Below are positions 54,544-64,000 of a stretch of DNA of 64,000 nucleotides, one piece after another. The position numbers and the translations under genes are program-made. Location of the stretch: contig OZ024746.1 in the NCBI GenBank assembly GCA_964016885.1, forward strand, positions 38,564,001 to 38,628,000, given 5' to 3'. This DNA is from Eledone cirrhosa. Taxonomy: Eukaryota. The notes under the pieces were generated by a model. It was not told where the DNA came from, did not search any database, and saw only the letters and a list, made by a program, of their open reading frames with translations. The first letter of the stretch is position 1, and the number at the start of each line of letters is the position of its first letter.

Positions 54544-55327
54544 TATTTTCGTTCGCTGCGTTTAACATTTCTGTTAGACGGTTGAAATTTTTTACACAAA
54601 ATTTTTTAAAACAGGTTTTTCACCTCTAGGAGGGGTAAAGATGAGCTGACCCACCGCCTGACAGTTCAGACGGAGGGTCAAGCTACACAATTGTATCAAA
54701 ATTAAGTTTGAACTCACAAAATTTCCTCAATAAATTTGAACAAAACTTCTGTGCGAAGTGAATGACATCCACACTGTAGAACAGACGACAGCTAGATTAT
54801 AAAGAGAGATAAATAGATAGAGAGGGAAAAAGAGACAGTGAGAGAGAGTTGGTAAAATGTCAGTGATGTTTTAAATCCTCCGAGGTCGAAAAATAATAAA
54901 CAATCCATACTGGGGTTAATTTGTACTCTATCTATCTATCTATCTAACTATCTGTCTGTCTATCTATTTATCTATCTATCTATCTGCGCAAGAAATCAGT
55001 TGTATTCCAATAAGGGGAGGTATAGGTTGCCCTTCGTTGTAAATTCCCCAAACATACTATATGCCAGAACGATCCCCTTACGAATCTGTCAGAAAGTAAG
55101 GTCCATATATGTGTGTGTGCGTGTGTGAGTGTGTGTATGTGTGTGTGTGTGCGTGTGTGTGTGTTAATAGGTCTGAAGACACAGTTCTACATCTCCATAC
55201 TTCAATTCATTAAACAACGACTGTTATATACATTTCAGATGCGTTAGGTAACAGTTACGCAAGTGTAACACGTCTCCTCCATCAGACGGAATTTCATAAC
55301 GTAGGAGATAGGCACACGCCATGCACA

Positions 55328-55391
<64 letters not shown>

Positions 55392-55619
55392 TTTCCCAGG
55401 TGGTATCGAAGATGTCAACAGTTGAATAAATATTCAATATATAAGTAAAGATGGTGCATGTTTATTTCATCTAGAAATGACTTTTGACTTTTAAAAGACT
55501 AGAACTTTCCTAACCTTTTTCTCAAACGGATGAAGCATTTCTCGCCCTGTAGAAGTCATTTTTGCGTAAAATAAATATAGACACATATGTATGTATATAT
55601 AAAAAATATATATATATAA

Positions 55620-55654
<35 letters not shown>

Positions 55655-55710
55655 TGTATGTATGTATGTATGTATGTATGTATGTATGTATGTATGTATG
55701 TATGTATGTA

Positions 55711-56791
55711 TGACAAAGGGCGGAAGAACTCATGAGTCAACGGCCATCCAAATGTCTGTAAATATGTATATACACATGTACATATGTATGCATATGTATA
55801 TGTGTATATACATGGGTGCATGTGTGTGTATATGCGCGGGGACATAGAAATAGTCGGGCTAGATACCCGATCGCGCGGTTAAACCACTGGGAGTGAAGGA
55901 CCCCTAGCTTTTGTCCGGGCATTCCTCTAGGAGAAGGCATCTCAAGAAACTTGGATAACTCGGATATAAAACCTGCGGCTCAGTAGTTACCGATGATGTT
56001 GATATTTTCTTCTTTTCGGGTTATAGCTACTGTCGCTCAGAGAGTGGGATTGGCTCAGTGCACAGTCTTTCCTCACTTTGAAAAATATCTTCACGTACAG
56101 GCATCGCACGATGGAATTAACTAATAATGGTATATCATGCAATGGCCATACTCGATAACGAGGGGCAGCCATCATCATCATGTATGTATGTATGTATGTA
56201 TGTCAGGTCACCAGTTGGTGCTACTAGTAACATGTATCCCAGTACAACCTGTCCCATGGTCGGGTCGTTGGCGACTAAACTGGCAACCCCACGAAGGTCT
56301 CTTGGTGAGAAGGGTGACTTTGGACATCCTGCAGGACTAAAAACAAAACCTGTCAAAGGGCAAAGGAGCTCTTAAGAGTCAATGGCCATCCAAAATCACC
56401 GGGACAGATGACCCCTTAGCCTTTGTCAAGGCAGAATTCTAGGAGAAGGAAAACTCTGATATAACACCTGCAACCATGATGGTATCCGATGATGTTGACT
56501 TGTTCTTCTTTTTGGTAAATATCGTCTTGGTTAAGAGAGTGGCATTGGCTTTGTGCAGTTCCTTTGCTCACTATAAAAGCTTCACGGCACAGGCATTGCT
56601 TTATATCTGGACTTGTCATCACATGGTACCATGGGCCCAGCACTATGTGTCAATAAGTGTCACAGGTTTGTACCAGAGTTTTCAAGTCATTGGCTGGACT
56701 AAACAGTCACACTTGTTCAGCGCATCGGTAGGGGTTCTCCTACATGGATATAAAGTAGTGGCCGTACTCGAAAACGAGTTGGCAGCCACCA
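55711..56791 (+). mobile_element. Two tandem short RTE-derived non-autonomous elements (55711-56180, 56203-56791) separated and flanked by (TATG)n
   Basis: Shared GAGTCAAYGGCCATCCAAA, ACCCC.TAGC.TTGTC..GGCA..TCTAGGAGAAGG and 3' TGGCCRTACTCGA.AACGAG..GCAGCCA. Confidence 0.6.
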
Positions 56792-57122
56792 TGTATGCAT
56801 GTATGTATGTATGTCTTTGCGTGTAATTGTTCTCAACGGTCCACATAATGACGTATTATCTTCGTTTTTACCGTTCATTGACAGAGAACGTCTCCACGAA
56901 CTACCTGATAGAATATTAGTCTACGACTTCATTTATACTATAAAAGTGACTTTGCCTTTGCCTGTAATTGTTCTCAACGCTCCAAATAATGACATATTAT
57001 CTTCGTTTTTTTCCGTTCTTTGCCAGGCAACGTTTCCACGAACCAATATATCGTCTTCCTGTCTTCCTTCGGTTGCAACGTTTTTCGAAATATTTACTTC
57101 TGCGTTCACAGATTGATTTTTT

Positions 57123-57173
57123 AGTTTCAGAAGATCCCGTTAAGGGTGAAAACAGCGATTCTTTGCTTAAAAT
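57123..57173 (+). ncRNA. Type I hammerhead-like motif with CAGAAGA core
   Basis: AGTTT-CAGAAGA-TCCC(gttaa)GGGT-GAAA-ACAG(cgattct)TTGC-TT-AAAAT. Confidence 0.55.
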
Positions 57174-57884
57174 TTAATCTGGTATTATATAATATATATA
57201 TATATGTTAGACACACACTGACTAACAACAGATTTTTTAAGTCTGCATGTTGTCTGACAATATATGCGAAGCTTGTGAATAAAAGATTCAAGGGGTATCG
57301 CTGGCCGTGGCGATTCCTTCCAAACATCTTTTGTAATGTATCGTCTTATTGACTAATTTCATCGTCTTATTGGCTAATCAACCAACGAGAGTTGCTCAAA
57401 AGCGTTTTGTTTGCACGTTTATTTATCGTTTCGCTTTCGAATCTCTCTCCTGTATTTTGTCGTTTTATCATCAACATATTTTTCTCTTTTTGGTAAGTTA
57501 TATTGTTATTTTATGTAGAATTTTTTTAATTTATATTAACTATTTTTTTTTCAGTTCGTTATAACATGCTTAGAATATTGGTTGTATCATATTTACTTGT
57601 ATATATGTCCATATTATTGTTCGTTTTATGTTAGATTATTTTATTATTATTATGTTAGATTATTATTTTTATTATTATGTTAGACTATTTGTATTAATTC
57701 AACTGTAACAATTATTATGTAAAATATATTTATTTAATATTGATTGTTTTTTGTAGTTGTTTATATTAAAAGTCTGAAAATATTTTTATACATCTTACAA
57801 TAATATGTATAAGATCATTTATAAAATAACAATTATATAATCTAATTACATTACAACTATAATTTATTATTAATATATATCATA

Positions 57885-58283
57885 TTTAACAAATAAATAA
57901 ACAAATAAAAACACACACAGACACCTGGTTGTAACACATGCGCAAACTAAGCACACAACACACACAAAAATAAGATGGCCTAAGACAGAACAAAGAGAGG
58001 CACAAAACAAAGAAAAGAATCCCCGGTCACTGATGAAGTCACAGAATGTGTGACGAAAGAATTTGACAATATATATTAACAACTGTCCGGTTGTGGAACC
58101 AACGAACCAACCGGAAATGTATAAAAGAAATTTTAATTTATAATTTAATTTATAATAAATTAGGGTGAAATCAACTGCGCGTGTTTCTTATTGGCAACAT
58201 AACCCTCCCAAAGTACAACACTATCGGTTTCAACACACGTTTTCAGATAAAGAATCTTGCTAAACAAATTCAGAAACGAAATA
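57885..58283 (+). mobile_element. Older, diverged PLE family A pLTR + tail
   Basis: Homologous to 16325-16726. Confidence 0.85.
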
Positions 58284-58292
58284 TATATATAT

Positions 58293-58374
<82 letters not shown>

Positions 58375-58381
<7 letters not shown>

Positions 58382-59450
58382 TTTACATATATATATACAT
58401 ACATATACGTGTTTTGCAACTGGTCACTTTGTGGCTCAATGAAAAATTAATAAATTAAACAATCAGAGCTATATATCATAAAACATGTCTATAGAATCAC
58501 AAGATAAAATATAAACTATTTCCTCTCCCAATTAGCATAATTAACTATATAAGAAATCGAATAGACCAGGCTATACGAATGAGGCTTCTATGAAGGAATC
58601 TCCGACAAATAACCGAAAGTAACGCTTCGCGTCGGCCGTAGCGGAATATTTATCGAATATTTCGACAGCGTAATCGCCTAGATATAGTCAACTAAACAGA
58701 ATTAGGTTTAAAATAAACTAGGAGAAAATAGAATACATTTAGATACCTCTACCATGGTTTCGTCCGTGTTTTGAGTTTTCCAATAATTATGTAATAATTA
58801 TATAAACTCGAGCGCCGGATTCTTCAGGAAGCTCGCTCATATCTAGACATTAAATTTTCCAAAACGATCGAGCCAAGAATTCATTTCAAAATGGCTAAAA
58901 ATCGTGACATAGTTGCGGTCAAGTTGGAAGGGGTGTGGTAGTTGCTTACGACTGGTGGCATTTTTGCTAGAAAGCACAGCACAATACAGCCAAATTTGTA
59001 TCTCAAACTAGTGGGAGATTATTACATATAAAAGTTTACATATATATATACATACACATACATATACGTGTTTTGCAACTGGTCACTTTGTGGCTCAATG
59101 AAAAATTAATAAATTAAACAATCAGAGCTATATATCATAAAACATGTCTATAGAATCACAAGATAAAATATAAACTATTTCCTCTCCCAATTAGCGGAAT
59201 ATTTATCGAGTATTTCGACAGCGCAATCGCCTAGATATAGTGATTCTATAGGCGATTACGCTGTCGAAATATTCGATAAATATTCCGCTACGGCCGACGC
59301 GAAGTGCTACTTTCGGTTATTTGTCGGAGATTCCTTCATAGAAGCCTCATTCGTATAGCCTGGTCTATTCGATTTCTTATATAGTTAATTATGCTAATTG
59401 GGAGAGGAAATAGTTTATATTTTATCTTGTGATTCTATAGACATGTTTTA

Positions 59451-59456
<6 letters not shown>
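58375..59456 (-). mobile_element. PLE-like partial-tandem plus inverted element with hammerhead-like motif (58746-58831, -)
   Basis: 58375-58690 is repeated directly at 59027-59242 (with a deletion) and inverted at 59249-59456. Confidence 0.7.
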
Positions 59457-59498
<42 letters not shown>

Positions 59499-59810
59499 GA
59501 TATTAATAAATGGAAACTATATTTATAAAACCATATTTATTTCATTATACATATTTCATGGATACCACATTAAATTATGGTATGCCTTCATCAGACAAAA
59601 TACAATATATAACAGTTTTACAAATAGCTTTGACGTACCATTTTAAAATACAACCATTACTTTTGGAGGCTGTCTGGATAGTGATTTGTTTATATTATTT
59701 TAATAAGTCATAGTGTTAAGCACAATTAGAAAAAGACGGAGAGAAAGAAAAAAAGAAAAAAGACGGAGAGAGAGAAAGAAAACCTGGAGAAATATCGGAG
59801 AGAGAGAGAA

Positions 59811-59908
<98 letters not shown>

Positions 59909-59912
59909 TTAA

Positions 59913-59944
<32 letters not shown>

Positions 59945-60073
59945 AATATGTATGTATATATATGTATATATATAATACCTTTGATAACTTTGATAGGTAT
60001 ATATAAGTATGGATATATATATACATACATATATATATATACCTATCAAAGTTATCAAAGTTATTATACATAT

Positions 60074-60114
<41 letters not shown>

Positions 60115-60182
60115 TAAATACATGCATACATACATACATACATACATACATACATACATACATACATACATACATACATACA

Positions 60183-60215
<33 letters not shown>

Positions 60216-60524
60216 TCGTTTGTAAGTGTTTTTGATATTATTGCCTTTCAATACCAAACCAAGATACTTGGCTCTTTTCTCCATTCTTCCTCTTTGTTAA
60301 TATCTATTTTATTTTCATTCCATTCCACATTCGTTCGTTTCTTATTTCTTATATTTATTTCATCGTGGAAACAATAACCTCTCTTTCTCTTTGATACATT
60401 TCAATATGGTCATTCAACTGTGATATATAGAACCTGTGATATGTATATATTTGTGTGTATCTATATCCCTTTCTCTCTCTTAATCTTTCTCCCTCTCTCC
60501 TCTCTCTCTCCTTATATATACATA

Positions 60525-60583
<59 letters not shown>

Positions 60584-60630
60584 TATACAATATATATATT
60601 AGGGCTTGTATATATATGCATATATTTATG

Positions 60631-60674
<44 letters not shown>

Positions 60675-60700
60675 AGCCCTAAAATACATACATATGTATA

Positions 60701-60769
<69 letters not shown>

Positions 60770-61156
60770 AAATAGGTATTTTTCCTCTTTATCTCAATGA
60801 TCTCTCTTCCCGTCTTTCTCTCTCAATCTCTATCCCACTCTTTGTCTTTTTTTCTATTCTTTTTTTCTGAAATTCAGTTAGATTACTTTATCTGTTTATT
60901 TTATTCAATCATTCATTCCTTCGTTCTTTTCATTCATTCAGGCATCCAGGTATATTTTCATTTCTAACTTTACTGTATTTTTCTTCTTCCGTTTTGGGGG
61001 GGGTTTTTTCTTTGCATTTCTTTTTTTAGTTGTTGTTGTTGTGCTTCTTTTTTTATTTTGTTTTTCATTTTGTATTTTTGTTCTTTGTCACTTTGTTCTA
61101 TGTTCTGTATCGTATCTGAAGCTTCTCTATTATTCTTCCTTTCTCTGCAGGAAAAA

Positions 61157-61226
61157 ATGACAGATTTGTGCGGTCACTGGAAATTGGAGAAGAATGAAAA
61201 CATGGACGAGTATATGCAAGCAGTTG
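61157..61226 (+). CDS. First coding exon of a fatty-acid-binding protein / iLBP family gene (FABP, CRABP or squid ReP1-NCXSQ-like)
   Basis: MTDLCGHWKLEKNENMDEYMQAV-G matches the GxWxL..sEN.DEYM.A.G signature. Phase-1 donor G|GTGAG is at the conserved FABP intron-1 position, and acceptor TTTCTCTGCAG ends at 61150. No downstream exon was found in the window. Confidence 0.85.
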
Positions 61227-64000
61227 GTGAGCTTTATAGTTCCATTTTTGTTCTTTTCTTTATATTTACTCCCTAAATTTTTATTCCTTTCTTCGACCCT
61301 ACCGACTCCATCTTTCCAACCCCTACAACCCAATACCATCTATACAACCATCATCACCACCACCACCATCAGTCTTATACCTTGTTATACGTTCGGATAT
61401 TTCTTATCTTATTTATGATCTTTGCTATGTGGAGACGAGTATATGAGGTAAATTTCTCATGTTGAATGAAACTCCACACTGAATCGTATATACGATCATA
61501 TGTTTTAGGGTGATAGGTTGCCGAAATCCTTAATACTTGCCTTGCTATACGTATTTAGCTCTAGCTCTTTACGTTGTAAGTTCAAATCACGTCTAAGTCG
61601 AACGTATCTTTTCTTCATCCGGGATCACTCACTATTCAAGTCCTGGAGTCGATTTAATCGACAATGAACTCCCTCTTAAATTCATGAAATTCAGCCTATG
61701 TTAGAAGTTAATAAGGACCGTGGAATGAAACGTAAGGGCACTGTAGAAAATTCTCAGTGGTATTAAGTTTCAGTTCAAAGTTCAAATCCCATAAATATCA
61801 ATTTAATCGCTGTTCCTTCTGGGATACATGAAAGAAAGAAGAGTCAACCGCTACGTTTGTTTCCTTACAAAGGTGTGATCTTGTGTATGTGTTAGAATTA
61901 ATCTATAATATTATTCTTATTGTCACGACATGCGTACAGCAGTTATGATCTAAGCAACCTTAAGTATGGCACGAAGTTGAAGATTTAGGTGAATTGTTTA
62001 ACAAAATATAACTCAGAATATAAAGAGCCTTAACCAAACGCACTAACGATTCTACCAATCCACCGCGTCCAACAATAATAATTGTTTCTTCTTTTGACAC
62101 AAAGCCAGAAATTATCCCAGTGTATTACTGATCCTTTATTTTATCGACCCCATAGGGATGAAAGGCAAAGTTAACCTCGGCGGGATTTGAATTCAGACCC
62201 TTTATGGTCTGAGTTCAAATCCTGCAGAGATTAATCAAAATATCAGTAAAAAACCTAGTGTCGATATAATCTACTTTCCCTTCCATTAAAATTGCTGGCC
62301 TTGTGCCTAATGGAGAAACCATTATTGTTATTGTCATTGTTGTCGTTGTTTGATGTTAACTTCAACGAACCTGCTGGCTTTGTTTATCGCTGTTCACTAG
62401 CTTTTCATTTGGTTTAAACAACGAATTTCCAGGATTTGGATAGCATTCTTACATGTATATATCATATAAAACTTTTTATGGGGTTATTTCTAATTAACAG
62501 ATTATCGTAATTTTAAAACTAATTTATGAACTTTTAGATGTTGTTTTGGTTTGAATACATTCATACTGGCATCCAACTGTCACAACATCAACCGAAAATG
62601 TGCAAATTTCAACAAACCCAAAACACGAATTCATAAACAAACGTTTCCCCTGTACATCAACGTCCGTCATACGCACATCCAACAACATCACGTATAAATC
62701 CTTTAAGCCACCCCAACTCTTTGAATTTCTTCATATTCATCACTGAATTTGAAGTACCCATGTGTACACCCCCATTATCGTTTTCTATTATTCACAAACG
62801 ATTCAACTCACACGGACGGTGTACGTGACACACTAACTGTATACAGTCTCAACATCTTCGTCACTTTATCTGTTCCTCTGAAACAGGTATCTTTCCGCCA
62901 GTCTTCCCTTCAACACCGGATTATCTACTCTTACGATTAGTATGCCTGATACACTTACATCCAAATCATTCCCTAGAATACTTAGCAAAACAATTAGCAT
63001 TTCCACAGCCGTAGCATTCACACTTCTTTGCTGATAATCTATGAATGGAGTTTTCAGATTCACTCTTTGTTAGGCCTTGTACACTTTGAATGTCCTTAAA
63101 ATATGTGATGGTTGATTCCGTTGCCACAAATAATTCGGGCACACTTTCTGGCATCCGTGTTCTTTTACTAAGAAGTCGCTGTTGAATTGTTCCCATTCCT
63201 GAATCAAACAGACCTCCTGTCTCTTAAACGTTAACTTGTCCTTAAAATTACAATTTTCTAGCATTTTTCACTGCATTGGAACATATCGACTGGTGATATC
63301 ATCTTCTTTCCAATATTGATAATAGAACATGATCTGCTCATAAATTTCATTGCAAGCAAGTTGAATGTCATTCTCAATGAGTTGACAGAGCTTGTCTTAT
63401 GAATTCTCAATAGGTATATTATTTGCTAGTCATCGGAAAATTGCATTATGTCTAGTACCAACCACAGCCAATAATGATATGGCTCGGTTTTTTACCGTCA
63501 TTGTCCATTTCTTTGGAAGCTTGCCACCTAATTTATCCAATCATCTTACATGTCGTTCCGTTCTTTTACAACTGTCCAAAATGACATCCTGTTGAGAAAT
63601 CTGAAATCACAACTTCAAATTTCAATTCGTGCAGTGCTCTGTCAAATGTTATCGAATCAATGCATTGGTAAGTGCCTTGTTAAACAAATACCAAAATCAA
63701 TGTCTCCAATTCCTAAAGTACATTTATTTCAGGCCCTTGCGAATTGTATACATCCGAGTAATATATTCCACGCTATAGACACGGTTTCAATGTAAATGAA
63801 ATACGCCATAAACAACTGTAAACAAGCAATAGCCCTTTCGTAGAATTTTAAAGGGCAGCAAATTATGGTATCAATCCATCTTCTATTTGCTCATATTCTT
63901 TTCAAATCAAGAGATATATATACCATACGCAACCATCCAAAATCAGCTTTGTGAGTTACTTTCTTTAAATGAATCTACTTGTCAACACAACACATGAACA

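Larger units (their letters stand above)
48982..54796 (-). mobile_element. Full-length Tx1-type LINE subfamily B with ~25 bp TSD; ORF2 disrupted
   Basis: TSD TTATAAAGAGAGATAAATAGATAGA at 48957-48981 and 54797-54821. Confidence 0.95.

Noticed and set aside
62700-64000. Possible decayed minus-strand transposase
   Set aside because: Coding-like composition but only short broken ORFs with no identifiable motif; needs BLASTx.

Overview
Eukaryotic, AT-rich, microsatellite-dense (TA, CA, GATA, TATG, TAGG/TAAG) intergenic or intronic DNA. The SINE families and the one host exon suggest an octopod cephalopod; this is an inference. Most long ORFs in the track are microsatellite artefacts. Real content: (1) at least seven insertions of Tx1-type (L1-group) LINEs from three subfamilies. 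One is full length with intact ORF1 and ORF2 (30191-36010). Nearly all sit in GATA/TATC-type sites, and two have 20-25 bp TSDs sharing AGATAAATAGATA. (2) Several Penelope-like element (PLE) families: an RT+GIY-YIG copy at 14078-16726, a Neptune-like 3' end, and a Naiad-like deletion derivative. (3) Many small fold-back or partial-tandem elements in TA arrays. Read by eye, these carry about 15 hammerhead-ribozyme-like motifs from several unrelated families, including U3-A8 cores, a recurrent CAGAAGA (U4A) core, palindromic helix III and greatly extended helix II. (4) CRE-like, CR1-like and RTE-like fragments, SINEs and MITEs. (5) The first coding exon of a FABP/iLBP-family gene at 61157-61226. 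All RNA structures were assigned manually and are untested.
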